From the IMG/VR virus record IMGVR_UViG_3300028829_004116, positions 1-64,000 of that record: 64,000 nucleotides of DNA; one strand, given 5' to 3'. Position 1 is the stretch's first letter. Each line of letters opens with the position of its first letter. The position numbers and the translations under genes were made by a program. A model generated the notes under the pieces. It was not told the DNA's origin and did no database searches. It saw nothing but the letters and a program-made list of their open reading frames with translations. Shown one piece after another: positions 38,301 through 48,274 of this stretch. This DNA comes from a virus.

Positions 38301-38894
38301 TTACCACTCCAAATCAATCTTCACCAACTCTCCTAAGTCTTCATCAAAAAAACTTAGATTGCCATTTTCCACACCCATTTTCCACACATCTAAAGTAAGT
38401 TGAGAATCCTTTAGGCAATACTTTGCCACATCTTCATACTTACCTTCACTCCACCACCGGACAGCCATAAGTCCATCACCAGACTTTTGCGAATTAAGAT
38501 TACACTTAGCGAGATTATCTAATTGAACTCGCTTACCTGCCGCCTTTGTCACCATTCTTGATGTATCAATACAACGGGTTTCTTTCTCTTCGAGATACTT
38601 ACGGACAATGTAAATGTCCATTGAATCTCGCAACGCAGGTAAATCAAATGCTACAATATTGTGTCCAAGTAATTTACCTCCTTTTTGAAAGTGGTCGTCT
38701 AAGTCATACTTTAATTGCTTTAACTCCTTAACAACCGCACCTTCTATTTCCATAGGCTTATCAATATAAACCGTATTATTCTCTCCATCCGTAGTAGTAA
38801 CACAAGTTACTTGCCACATATGGGTATTCTGCCAACCGCCTATATCAGCGGCTGTATTTCCTGTTTCTATATCAAACGACAATATATTATTCAT
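38301..38894 (-). CDS. DnaQ/RNase H-like 3'-5' exonuclease
   Basis: FDIET, GHNIVAFD, YCLKD (DEDDy-like). Confidence 0.85.
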   Translation of the reverse strand: MNNILSFDIETGNTAADIGGWQNTHMWQVTCVTTTDGENNTVYIDKPMEIEGAVVKELKQLKYDLDDHFQKGGKLLGHNIVAFDLPALRDSMDIYIVRKYLEEKETRCIDTSRMVTKAAGKRVQLDNLAKCNLNSQKSGDGLMAVRWWSEGKYEDVAKYCLKDSQLTLDVWKMGVENGNLSFFDEDLGELVKIDLEW

Positions 38895-39075
38895 TTTTTT
38901 TCACTTCCATATTTTTAATTACATCAACGGGATAATTCATGTCCATCATTTCTATGATTTTCAATAACATTTCTTCATCTATGTAATTAATAAATAAATC
39001 AATTATATCTTCCCTTGAAACTTCTTCTTCATCTAACACTTGTCTAAAGCGTAGTATTCTATTTTTCATATACAT
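38887..39075 (-). CDS. hypothetical protein
   Basis: AGGAGG SD; tightly packed. Confidence 0.55.
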   Translation of the reverse strand: MYMKNRILRFRQVLDEEEVSREDIIDLFINYIDEEMLLKIIEMMDMNYPVDVIKNMEVKKNE

Positions 39076-40577
39076 TACTGCTTCCTCCTAATATACACTC
39101 GGTTGTTCATCTTTTTATTCTCGAACAAATGTTCTACATTATTCCATTCCCTATAAAAGGTTGGGCGACTTTTCTTAGTCATCTTCATATAGTTATTCAC
39201 CAATTCGGTTTTTGAAACCCAGCCGTCTTTCTTTGAAGCAGATTGATAAACCTTAGCAATCATCTGCTCACGACCCTTTTCTGCTATACGCTTAGGACTC
39301 TTTTTCAATTTATCACTGAACCAAGTAGTAATTGAATCAAAACTTTGGTCTGTAAGAATCCTTGCTTGGTCAATGTGTCTTGCTGTGACAACCGGACTTT
39401 TTTCAGCACAAGCACAAAGAGCCGCCGCATTACACATATTATTAATTGTATTCATCAAGAAAGTATTCAGTGCGGCATAAATATGGTCGGGAAAACCTTC
39501 CATGTATTTACGCATACCACGCCAAACAGTCTTTAATCTTTTTTGAGCATCCGGTGTAAAGGTTACAACTTTTCTTTTATCTCCAGTTTGTTTGTAACGC
39601 TCATCAGCCCAACAATAAATATCGTAAAGCATTTCCGAAAACTCTACTGTAAAGGCATCGGAACCATTTTCGTCTTCAACGATATTACCTACCATGTCTA
39701 AATATTCTTCTTCCATTTGCATCTTTAATGATTCGGGAACTTCACGGACATATAACCACATACGCTGAAAGACACCCTTTGTAAGAATAACCTTTTCTAA
39801 TCCCTGTGGAGGTAATGTCGTGGCCCACAAACTTCGCTGACAATCTACAACTAAATCTTTACCCCATTCAGTCAAACGCTTTTTAATTAAATGGGTATCG
39901 GAATCCAACCGATTCATAAACTTTTGAAACATCATCACCGTGTCTTGCTTATGTTGTGTTTCCTTAAAGATACCTGAATGTTCAAACTCATCAAATGCAA
40001 TAATACCTGAACCGAATAAAGCCCCGTTAATATTTATATCTATTTCTTCAGGCATTGGGTTTCCATCAATATCTAAATTTTCTTCACCTCGCACCCAATC
40101 AGGATTAGGTTGACCCATTTTAATAGTTCCTAATAATGCTTGGTCTGTAAATGCGTCGGGATTTTGAAGGTTAAATTCATTTACACCATTTAGTGGACCT
40201 CTTGGGTTTTCTCCCTTTAGTGGGTGTTCATTTACTAATGTAAATGTTCTATTCCATACGGGAGAAAGAAAGTCAAACATTGTTGTCTTTCCACTACGGG
40301 CTGTTTGAATCCAACAGTAATGTATTCTTGGGTCAAGTGAAAGACGACCTACGGGAACCCGTAATTTATCTTTTAATAATTGCCCAAGTGTAACAAAAAA
40401 GGCCATCTGTGCTGGATAGTCATTATACAGTGAAAACTGAGTTACAACTTCTGTCCACCTTTCTACAACTTTAGGCATCGTAACTGCACTTCTTCTTTCT
40501 GTTTCTATATCACCAACTTGCATTTTTTCCAATGCTTCATATAATTCCCATTCATCTACTTCTAAATCTTCTGCCAT
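39075..40577 (-). CDS. MCM-like AAA+ ATPase, putative replicative helicase
   Basis: Walker A QTARSGKT, Walker B IAFDEFE, GVFQRM Arg finger, C-terminal winged helix; near the primase. Confidence 0.65.
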   Translation of the reverse strand: MAEDLEVDEWELYEALEKMQVGDIETERRSAVTMPKVVERWTEVVTQFSLYNDYPAQMAFFVTLGQLLKDKLRVPVGRLSLDPRIHYCWIQTARSGKTTMFDFLSPVWNRTFTLVNEHPLKGENPRGPLNGVNEFNLQNPDAFTDQALLGTIKMGQPNPDWVRGEENLDIDGNPMPEEIDININGALFGSGIIAFDEFEHSGIFKETQHKQDTVMMFQKFMNRLDSDTHLIKKRLTEWGKDLVVDCQRSLWATTLPPQGLEKVILTKGVFQRMWLYVREVPESLKMQMEEEYLDMVGNIVEDENGSDAFTVEFSEMLYDIYCWADERYKQTGDKRKVVTFTPDAQKRLKTVWRGMRKYMEGFPDHIYAALNTFLMNTINNMCNAAALCACAEKSPVVTARHIDQARILTDQSFDSITTWFSDKLKKSPKRIAEKGREQMIAKVYQSASKKDGWVSKTELVNNYMKMTKKSRPTFYREWNNVEHLFENKKMNNRVYIRRKQ

Positions 40578-41257
40578 TAGTATTTCACCTCTTGTTCTTC
40601 ATTTAACGCTTTTGATATATTGGTGGCCGTCACTTTACCAATACCTTTTACTTTCATAATATCCTTAATTTCGCATGTAGCGATTTCTAATAATGACCCG
40701 AACTCTTCTAAAAGAATACGAGCCTTTTCTACTGTTACACCTTGAATCGTGCAAAGTATATCCAACCTCACATCATCCGTTCTTGTTTTCTTTGGTAACA
40801 TTTTCTGTAAATCAATTTCTTTATCACAGTGATGTTCACAAGCAACAATAAAGTGTGCGGCTGATTCTACATCTGCTACCCATATAGGTGTTGTTTTTGT
40901 ATTCAATGCTATGCTGGATAATGCACCTATAAACATTTTTTGCAGTTTAATCCGCCACCCTCTATTATTATACGAGTTTTTTACATGGTTAAGATACGAA
41001 CCCGCATCCGATAGATTACCATAAATAATAATATAATTTCTCGCATACGAGTCTTCCATGTTGCTAATTTGATTAAACATTCTTTTATTACGCACTGATT
41101 GTAAAAAGTCTTCAACACTTTTTGCTTCAATACACACATCACCTATAATGTAATCCCCCACTTCTAAGAATACTTTTTCTGCACTGATATTAGATAGCAT
41201 AGAATACTGTATTACCAACTCGCTTAACACTGAATCTTCTCTACTGTCTATCATCAT
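40577..41257 (-). CDS. ERCC4/XPF-family nuclease with HhH2
   Basis: IDSRE, GDY, IEAKSVEDF, C-terminal HhH (VKGIGKVTA). Confidence 0.9.
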   Translation of the reverse strand: MMIDSREDSVLSELVIQYSMLSNISAEKVFLEVGDYIIGDVCIEAKSVEDFLQSVRNKRMFNQISNMEDSYARNYIIIYGNLSDAGSYLNHVKNSYNNRGWRIKLQKMFIGALSSIALNTKTTPIWVADVESAAHFIVACEHHCDKEIDLQKMLPKKTRTDDVRLDILCTIQGVTVEKARILLEEFGSLLEIATCEIKDIMKVKGIGKVTATNISKALNEEQEVKY

Positions 41258-42297
41258 TCTAAAGCCCCCTGTGGGTATCTCCAGCACTTTCCTATGCAAT
41301 ACCCCTTACTGATTAAAGTTTGACAAGACGGGGCCATATAACGCTTATTTACTACATAAGAAACAGCCTGTCTCGTTATTCTTTCATCATAGTCAATCCA
41401 TACATCTTCATCCGATGCAATCTTTTTAATCTCACCTGATATAATACCGGTAATATCTACAAGTGCATCCCCACCTACTTCTCTTGGTGAACAATCTAAA
41501 CCCTTCTCAACAACTGCTAAGTCGGATAAGAACTCATTATACCATTGAACTAAGTAATGTCGAGATTCATGTAATGGGTTATGAGTCATTACTGCCGCAT
41601 TAAGACATGGAAGGATAGGTAAATCTCCCGGACTATCTACATTATCTATTTCTATTTCTGCCGCTTCCATTTCTTTTACCTGCGGCCATTGAACTAAATT
41701 ATTACCGTAAAATTGCGTAGGTTGCTTTCGTGGTTTCCTTGCTAATTCTGTAATTTCCTTTAGCGATTTTTTCAAATCAGCACGAATTAGATTTATTGAA
41801 AACAACTTAGCCCCCATATGATATGTGTTCTGTGTTCTTCTCAACCTTGCTGTGTTAATAACTCGATTGTCTAAACGAGGTGATTTATTACAAACATCGT
41901 GACAAATATTAAAAAAAGCCTTTACTCTTCTAAGGTCCCATGTTCTTTTACCATAAACAAATATGTAGAAACCCCGACCACTGAAAGCCATACTGTGTTT
42001 GTAGTTGTTTTCTGTAAGCCATTTATGTAAAACTCTCATATCTTCTAATGCCTCGTCTAAGGATTCATCTCCATGTGCGTCGATGTCTAAAAACAATCTG
42101 TCGATATTTACTGTATGTTCAAGTCCCCGGTCTTTTGAAAACTCATCGTAATCATAGACTGAGGTATAAACATTCATGCGCCCGTTGTGCGCTTTTACGA
42201 AGTTTGTATATTGTTCTTTATTTTGCACTACAACTCTTCTTGGTTGTATTGCATTTTCTAATGGGCTACCTGCCCACATTTCTCTCGGATAATTCAT
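41254..42297 (-). CDS. archaeo-eukaryotic primase, PriS fused to a PriL-CTD-like domain
   Basis: LFLDID, FSGRGFY, RLRR; C-terminal PC...HESR...PSC...C..C. Confidence 0.85.
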   Translation of the reverse strand: MNYPREMWAGSPLENAIQPRRVVVQNKEQYTNFVKAHNGRMNVYTSVYDYDEFSKDRGLEHTVNIDRLFLDIDAHGDESLDEALEDMRVLHKWLTENNYKHSMAFSGRGFYIFVYGKRTWDLRRVKAFFNICHDVCNKSPRLDNRVINTARLRRTQNTYHMGAKLFSINLIRADLKKSLKEITELARKPRKQPTQFYGNNLVQWPQVKEMEAAEIEIDNVDSPGDLPILPCLNAAVMTHNPLHESRHYLVQWYNEFLSDLAVVEKGLDCSPREVGGDALVDITGIISGEIKKIASDEDVWIDYDERITRQAVSYVVNKRYMAPSCQTLISKGYCIGKCWRYPQGALE

Positions 42298-42305
42298 CTC
42301 ATCAC

Positions 42306-42407
42306 CTAATCTATCATATCTAAAAAGTCCCTTGAGTCGCATAGCGAACAAAGTTCTTTATCTTTGTCTGTAAGTTCTGCCTTACAGTATTTGCATTTCT
42401 TTTTCAA
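42306..42407 (-). CDS. tiny Zn-finger protein (33 aa; not in ORF track)
   Basis: AGGTG SD, TTG start; KCKYC...LCSLC; fills the gap exactly. Confidence 0.5.
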   Translation of the reverse strand: MKKKCKYCKAELTDKDKELCSLCDSRDFLDMID

Positions 42408-42758
42408 CTATAACACCTTCGTATCTTTTTTAATCTGTTTTTTCAACTCTTCCTTTGTAAGAGTAATCTTATCTTTCTGTTCTTCTATGGTAGGGGGGAC
42501 TTGTGGAACTTGTGAAAGCATTACAGGTGCTTCGTCGATAAGTTCAAGCATCTGCGTCTTAGCATAAAAGGTAGCCTTTTCCTTCCACCAACCTTTTACT
42601 AAGTCTTTCTGTTCTTGGCCTAAGAAATCAAGCATCTCTCCCCAAGAAGGTTCTTCCATATTATTTATAATTTGAGATATAACATCTTCCATTTTCATTA
42701 ACTCCTTGAATGTCCACTTGTATTCTGTAATTTCTTTGAGAATTTTAGAACCAATCAT
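42408..42758 (-). CDS. hypothetical protein
   Basis: GGTGG SD before ATG 42758. Confidence 0.6.
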   Translation of the reverse strand: MIGSKILKEITEYKWTFKELMKMEDVISQIINNMEEPSWGEMLDFLGQEQKDLVKGWWKEKATFYAKTQMLELIDEAPVMLSQVPQVPPTIEEQKDKITLTKEELKKQIKKDTKVL

Positions 42759-43644
42759 AATTTGTCCCACCACCGGTTGCTTCACAATGTTCAAAATGTC
42801 CACAGTGAATACACTTTTTATGGAAATACGAGAAAGGAAACTCCTTTAGCATATATCCGTCTACTAACTTTTGTATAGAATTTTCAACAGAAGTCATTGA
42901 CCTCTTCTTTGTTTCCTCTACAAATATGTAATTACTCTTAGGAAAAATCCAACCCCAATGTGTAATTGCGTATTGAGGGTCTAACCCTGCGGCTATTAAA
43001 TCATCTTCATCTGCGTTTTCATAAAGCATTTGATAGAAGGCCATTTCTTTTCTCATATTAGTTTTCTTACTATCTTTCCATGCACCCGTCTTTAACTCAA
43101 ATGGGATATAACCATTGTCGTCAAAAAACATTCTATCAATAATACCCTGCAAATGGATATTAATTCCATTAACTCTAATACTAGCGTTTAGTAGTATTTC
43201 ATTACCAACGGGTATAAAGTGTTCTACTGTTCCTTCGTGGACACACTCGATAAATCTTTCTGCTTGCCATGCTGACAAAGCCCTATACAAATCCTTAGTA
43301 TCTTCATCTTTACCTTCTGGGTAGTAATCTCTAAAGTGTTTAACAAGTTTATTGGAATCATCAATAAAAGGCATAGCCTTTTCTGTATCAACCATTTTCC
43401 AAAAATCTTCTTGAGCGTTGTGAACTATTGTTCCCCTTAACATAGCCTCCGATGTTTTTTGTTTCTTTTTACCTTCGGCAAATGGGTCATAACTATAACG
43501 ATAAGAACCGTTGCAGAAGTTAAATGTTCCAAGAGAAGACTTTGTAATCTTCAAAGTTGGTCCATCTACATCATCGGGGTTCCATTGATAGGTAAATCCA
43601 TTGTCTAAATCTTTTTTTGTCCATTCTGTTGCGTATTCAATCAT
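42745..43644 (-). CDS. Cas4/RecB-like PD-(D/E)XK nuclease
   Basis: RGTIVH, GIIDR, ELKTG; N-terminal Cys plus C-terminal CxxCxxxxxC. Confidence 0.85.
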   Translation of the reverse strand: MIEYATEWTKKDLDNGFTYQWNPDDVDGPTLKITKSSLGTFNFCNGSYRYSYDPFAEGKKKQKTSEAMLRGTIVHNAQEDFWKMVDTEKAMPFIDDSNKLVKHFRDYYPEGKDEDTKDLYRALSAWQAERFIECVHEGTVEHFIPVGNEILLNASIRVNGINIHLQGIIDRMFFDDNGYIPFELKTGAWKDSKKTNMRKEMAFYQMLYENADEDDLIAAGLDPQYAITHWGWIFPKSNYIFVEETKKRSMTSVENSIQKLVDGYMLKEFPFSYFHKKCIHCGHFEHCEATGGGTNYDWF

Positions 43645-44126
43645 TGTTTCACTTCCTTTAATTCATCAATTAAGGCTGATGCTTCACCTCTTGTCATATC
43701 CTCTCGGATAGATTCTTCACCACCTAATTTAATTATGTAATTTCTTTGGGCTTCGGTCACAGGACCGTTATGGTTCTTTACAGTCTTTGTTTGAGTAATG
43801 CCCTTTTCTTCAAAAGCGGCTCTACGCAAACTTGCTGTTGTATTGTCATGGCATTCTTTACAAACTTCAACAACATTACTGCGGGAGTGGATAAGATATT
43901 CCTTACCTATCTCTCTACATCTATGCTGTGAAATAATATGATGCCATTCGGTCTTTCCTTCTGCAAAACAAATATTACAATGCCCTTGTTTTTTCCAAAA
44001 CTGTCTTTCTTCTTTAACAACTTTTAAAAACTCCTGTTCAATAGTTTCTATTTCTTCTTGCTTCTTTTTCTTGCGTTGCTGTAATGCCCTTAATGTCTTA
44101 TAATATGTTCCTTCTTTTTTTCCCAT
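43641..44126 (-). CDS. HNH endonuclease with C-terminal helical DNA-binding module
   Basis: CNIC, EWHHII, SNVVEVCKECH; C-terminal TEAQRNYI...TRGEASALIDEL. Confidence 0.8.
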   Translation of the reverse strand: MGKKEGTYYKTLRALQQRKKKKQEEIETIEQEFLKVVKEERQFWKKQGHCNICFAEGKTEWHHIISQHRCREIGKEYLIHSRSNVVEVCKECHDNTTASLRRAAFEEKGITQTKTVKNHNGPVTEAQRNYIIKLGGEESIREDMTRGEASALIDELKEVKQ

Positions 44127-46591
44127 TACCACCACTCCTCTAAAGTTGTTTGGTTTATGTCTTTCTTTATGAGTTTAATAGGCCACTCCATGCTTTCAAA
44201 TACAAGCAAAGCCTTCTTAATAATTTCTCCATTAGCGATAAACTCCCAATCAGGTGTGAACATATCTTTAATATCCTTAAATTTTAAGAACGAAATATAT
44301 TCACACGATTTAGATACACCGTTTAAGATGTAACATTTTTCTTCTAAGTCTGTATTATTAATTTTAAAATAATAATACGCATCACCTTTCTTAATTTTAC
44401 CTAAACCCTGTTGGTTATGGTAAATAATTCCTGCTGAACCTCCAGCAATCATATCGTAGTCCTCAATATTTCTTCGAAGTCTACTACGCTTACTAATTTC
44501 TCTCAAAGATACCTCACCTTTGACTACTTTTGCATACTCTTTATTACAATAATCTATGACTTCCTTTTCCTCTTTGAAAGAAGCAACCATTCTTAGTAGG
44601 TTTTCTTGAAATTTCTTAGCAACTTTTGTCTCATTTGACTTTTTCATTTCGAACCCCATTACGAAGAACTTATCTTCCGGTAAATACTCCCCATCCTTCC
44701 AAGAAAGATAGCCGCAATAGCGATTTTTCTTCTTAGAAAGGAAAAACTTACTGGCAAACTTTTCAAACTCTAATTCTACTGGTTCTCGGAAGATTTCTCG
44801 TGAAATATAGTCATTTAACAGGACTCTTAGTTGTTTTGCATCGTCAACATCACGAACTTTAACAAAAACTGAATCCGTATGTCCATAAATAACTTCGTAG
44901 CCCAACTCTTGCGCTTTAAAAGCAGTTTCACGCATAGCATGACGAGCAGAAGCAGTAATTGATTGAACCATTTCCATATCAGCCCAACCAAAACCTTCTT
45001 TTGCGAGAATACCGTAGAAAGCATTTACGGCTCTCTTCGTAGCCATCTGTGCTGAGTCCCACTTAATATATTCTTCGTCTGTTTTAGCCTCTTTACGCAG
45101 AGTTTTGTATTCATCCCGTAAAGCCATCATGTCGATAACTGCTTGTGGTAAAAGACCAAGTGTATCTTTTTCGTAGTAATATGTTGGCTTTTCATCAAAG
45201 CCCCCTAAATTTTTAGGTGTATTTACCCACACTGGATAACCATGACCACGCTTAGTTTCCCATGAGATATTTACTGCGGCCATCATAGAAGGGTAAAGTG
45301 ATTTGAAATCAAACACGGCTACATTTTCATGTAGTCCGTAAGTCCCTTCTAATGTTGGGTCCATAACGAAAGCACCGTCATATCTTTCCTTTTCGGTTTT
45401 AACTCCCGTTGGGGGAATCCATCCAGACTTACGCATAAAATATACTCCACCCATTTGAGAATTATGATATGTATTCTCGAAAGGACATACGATAAGTCTT
45501 TGTAGGGCAAGACTGTTTTCACTTACATTCAATTTATTATCAATGTTCACACACAAATCTACATCTACCTTAGCATATTCAAGGTAAGTCTTAGTGTCTT
45601 CTAACCATGCCCGTTCATAGAACTCTAAGTCTTCAAATTTAGAACTCTCAACCTTACGCTCACTGAGAACAAGATTAGCACAATCATCCAACTTTAGAGA
45701 GGGCAATGTACCGTTTTGAGAATCAGTCCAAAGGCGTTCAAATCTATCCATTAGACAGAAAGTTAATCTGCCACGAATAGGCTGTGCGCTATTAAAGTAT
45801 TTTTCATCTCCTGTACCTTTTCCTAATTGCCAACCTGTGGTTTCTCCATTACTAAACTTTCTACGAACATCTTTAATTTCCCCACAAGGAGACATGCGAT
45901 TAGGGTCAATACCTAATTTACACATACGCTTGATAATTTGAGGAATATCGTAGCCGAGAACATACCAACCAATAATCATATCAGGGTCTTGTTCCTCCAT
46001 CATTTCAATAAATGCGTAAAACATTTCTGTTTCACTTTGATAAACCTGCACATAATCAAGGCTGGAAAACTTTACATTTTTGTAATCCACACGGGCCTCT
46101 TTAGGAAACCAAGTCATCACCGTATTCTTTTTAGTAAATGAATCGTAGATACTTAGCACTGTTGTTTTACCATCATGCACTCCACCTACTTGAGACTCAA
46201 TATCAAAATACCATTTACGGTGTTCGTATTCTTTAATCTCAGTCATTCGGTCAACAGCATAAAGACGCTTAATATCAACATCTGCTTGATAGGTAGCGAT
46301 TCCCTGATTATGAAATTCATTCATAAGAGTCCAACGGTCTTTAGGGTTATGATAAGTAATCTTTTTTAGTCCTTTACCGTGTAGGCTTTCCCAATCCCCC
46401 CATTCAATATCTACGGGTATTGCTCTTTTCTTCCCATAGTTTTTAACAACCATTTGAGACTGATGCCAATGAGATGCGCCGGAGATAAAGAAATAAGGTT
46501 TGTAGTCCTTTATTGTTTCTTCCTTTCTTTTCCCACCTTCTCTCCATCGTAGATGTATATTACTGCCCTTCGTGTCTATTATCATTTTCAA
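44126..46591 (-). CDS. polB: family B DNA polymerase
   Basis: FDIES, YAKVD, DFKSLYPS, KRAVNAFYG, YGHTDS, KKKNRY. Confidence 0.95.
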   Translation of the reverse strand: MKMIIDTKGSNIHLRWREGGKRKEETIKDYKPYFFISGASHWHQSQMVVKNYGKKRAIPVDIEWGDWESLHGKGLKKITYHNPKDRWTLMNEFHNQGIATYQADVDIKRLYAVDRMTEIKEYEHRKWYFDIESQVGGVHDGKTTVLSIYDSFTKKNTVMTWFPKEARVDYKNVKFSSLDYVQVYQSETEMFYAFIEMMEEQDPDMIIGWYVLGYDIPQIIKRMCKLGIDPNRMSPCGEIKDVRRKFSNGETTGWQLGKGTGDEKYFNSAQPIRGRLTFCLMDRFERLWTDSQNGTLPSLKLDDCANLVLSERKVESSKFEDLEFYERAWLEDTKTYLEYAKVDVDLCVNIDNKLNVSENSLALQRLIVCPFENTYHNSQMGGVYFMRKSGWIPPTGVKTEKERYDGAFVMDPTLEGTYGLHENVAVFDFKSLYPSMMAAVNISWETKRGHGYPVWVNTPKNLGGFDEKPTYYYEKDTLGLLPQAVIDMMALRDEYKTLRKEAKTDEEYIKWDSAQMATKRAVNAFYGILAKEGFGWADMEMVQSITASARHAMRETAFKAQELGYEVIYGHTDSVFVKVRDVDDAKQLRVLLNDYISREIFREPVELEFEKFASKFFLSKKKNRYCGYLSWKDGEYLPEDKFFVMGFEMKKSNETKVAKKFQENLLRMVASFKEEKEVIDYCNKEYAKVVKGEVSLREISKRSRLRRNIEDYDMIAGGSAGIIYHNQQGLGKIKKGDAYYYFKINNTDLEEKCYILNGVSKSCEYISFLKFKDIKDMFTPDWEFIANGEIIKKALLVFESMEWPIKLIKKDINQTTLEEWW

Positions 46592-46733
46592 TCACTATCC
46601 ATTCATTAATCTTGAAACTTATTCCTTCACCTTGAAGGTATTCCATAAACAAATACTCTAAATGCTCTCGCAAATAATTAGTATCTTCCCATTCCTCACC
46701 GACTTCAATGTGTCCGTTAATATTAATTTTCAT
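46560..46733 (-). CDS. small hypothetical protein (57 aa; not in ORF track)
   Basis: GGAGG SD, TAATG overlap; MKININGHIEVGEEWED... Confidence 0.5.
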   Translation of the reverse strand: MKININGHIEVGEEWEDTNYLREHLEYLFMEYLQGEGISFKINEWIVIENDNRHEGQ

Positions 46734-46972
46734 TAAACTTCCTCCATTAAGTCTGCAAATTCTTCACCATATTTAGCGGCTAACTTCAATCTCTCAAAGT
46801 CTCTCATTAGTCTTTCAACATATACAGCCGCATCCATTAGTTCTTCTTGTAAGTGAACAAGCCATTCAAGTGTGTTTAAATCAGTGCGTTCCATTGTAAC
46901 GCCGTATTTATTCTTACCCACTTCGGCTCTTTCACGAATTTTTTTAATTACCTGTTCTTCGTATTTACTCAT
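46733..46972 (-). CDS. MazG-like/all-alpha NTP-PPase-like viral protein
   Basis: GKNKYG...WLVHLQEELMDAAVY (EExxD). Confidence 0.55.
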   Translation of the reverse strand: MSKYEEQVIKKIRERAEVGKNKYGVTMERTDLNTLEWLVHLQEELMDAAVYVERLMRDFERLKLAAKYGEEFADLMEEV

Positions 46973-46978
46973 TCTTTT

Positions 46979-47242
46979 TCACCAACTTAAACCACTTGGG
47001 TATTGAGAAGGATTGTAGCCCCCTCCAAAATTCCATACTATCGTGTAACCTAAACCCTTCCAGTGTCTAATAATAGAATCCCAATGATGTTGATTCTTAA
47101 AGTGAAGTCCTGAACTACATTTCATTCTTCCATCTTTTATGGCTCTTTTTATACAGCGTTCACCTTCTTCGATAATTAATCTTTCTTCTATTTGGTATAG
47201 TTCTGTTTGTTCAACTATTTTTCTTGCTTCATCTGCTCTCAT
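46979..47242 (-). CDS. hypothetical protein
   Basis: GGTGA SD, ATGA overlap. Confidence 0.6.
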   Translation of the reverse strand: MRADEARKIVEQTELYQIEERLIIEEGERCIKRAIKDGRMKCSSGLHFKNQHHWDSIIRHWKGLGYTIVWNFGGGYNPSQYPSGLSW

Positions 47243-47439
47243 TCTTCTTCACCCATTTGTTTTAATACGCTATCAGCCATCATTATAGCCATACTTCGAC
47301 TACCCATAGCAAATGCGATTTGAACAGACTTACTCTTAGCATACATTCTTAGAAACTGCGCTTCATCTATGTTCTTACTTTGTAGTAATTGTTGTATTCT
47401 TGCATCTAATTGTCTTACTGTTTCTACTAATTCATCCAT
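47239..47439 (-). CDS. hypothetical protein
   Basis: ATG 47439 after GGGTG SD. Confidence 0.55.
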   Translation of the reverse strand: MDELVETVRQLDARIQQLLQSKNIDEAQFLRMYAKSKSVQIAFAMGSRSMAIMMADSVLKQMGEEE

Positions 47440-47440
47440 A

Positions 47441-48214
47441 TTAAACACCCAACCTCGGCGCACGAAGCACAGTTACTTGCTCATTAGCAAAGATAACGGG
47501 TTTTTCATCGTCGTAAAGAATGATAACTTCTCGTTCTCTACTTACTAATTTGCTAATAGGTAAAGAGATTTCAACAGTAGCCTTTCTGTCTGTACCAACG
47601 GCAGCAATTTCTGTAAATACACTTTCGTTATTCTTGGTAGAACTGACGAGAAGTTTATCTCCATCCCATTCAATTCTATAAATTGAATTACCTACCTTCT
47701 CGGCAAGCATCATCGCTTCTGTAAGTTCGTCGGATTCAACATCAAGCATTGTTTTTAGTGCAAGTTTTTCAGTAACAAAAATGTCCTGTTCCTCTCTTAC
47801 CATTTTTCTAATTGACCTACGGGTTAAGTTTCGCAACTTGTCTTTTAATCTGTATATAACATGAAGTTCTTCATGTCTACCCAATACCGGCAGGGTTACA
47901 ATACTATTACCTGAAGCCAATTCTATTTTTCCATCATCACTTCTAAACACTAAGTCGGTATCTGTTAAATACTTTTCAAGTGTAGAGCCGGACAAATTAA
48001 CCATTCCGTTAACCGCCTCTTCATCGTTGTGTCTATAAACCACATAAGTAAAATTATTTGCATTTTGAATATACACCATTCCGTCTTCCACTTCGATAAA
48101 TAAATCGTCGCATAAGACACTGGTTTTATTACTCATACCTTCATTGTATTTTCCCCGTAGTCTGCAAATATTAATTGCTTCTTTTAATTCTTTTCCATTC
48201 ATTCTAAATTCCAT
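47441..48214 (-). CDS. pcn: DNA sliding clamp (PCNA-like)
   Basis: 257 aa; repeated alpha/beta clamp pattern; ends EKPVIF...VLRAPR; near PolB and RFC genes. Confidence 0.7.
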   Translation of the reverse strand: MEFRMNGKELKEAINICRLRGKYNEGMSNKTSVLCDDLFIEVEDGMVYIQNANNFTYVVYRHNDEEAVNGMVNLSGSTLEKYLTDTDLVFRSDDGKIELASGNSIVTLPVLGRHEELHVIYRLKDKLRNLTRRSIRKMVREEQDIFVTEKLALKTMLDVESDELTEAMMLAEKVGNSIYRIEWDGDKLLVSSTKNNESVFTEIAAVGTDRKATVEISLPISKLVSREREVIILYDDEKPVIFANEQVTVLRAPRLGV

Positions 48215-48274
48215 TTAAATTCCTCCATAATATAACATAACATAACAGCACCCCTATATCAAAAACCATTACAC

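Noticed and set aside
42745-43644. CRISPR-Cas association of the Cas4-like gene
   Set aside because: No repeat-spacer array or other cas genes were seen; solo Cas4-like nucleases are common in viral replication modules.
48215-48274. Short (TTATG)n-like repeat upstream of the clamp gene
   Set aside because: Only about 3 imperfect units in AT-rich DNA; cannot be told from chance.
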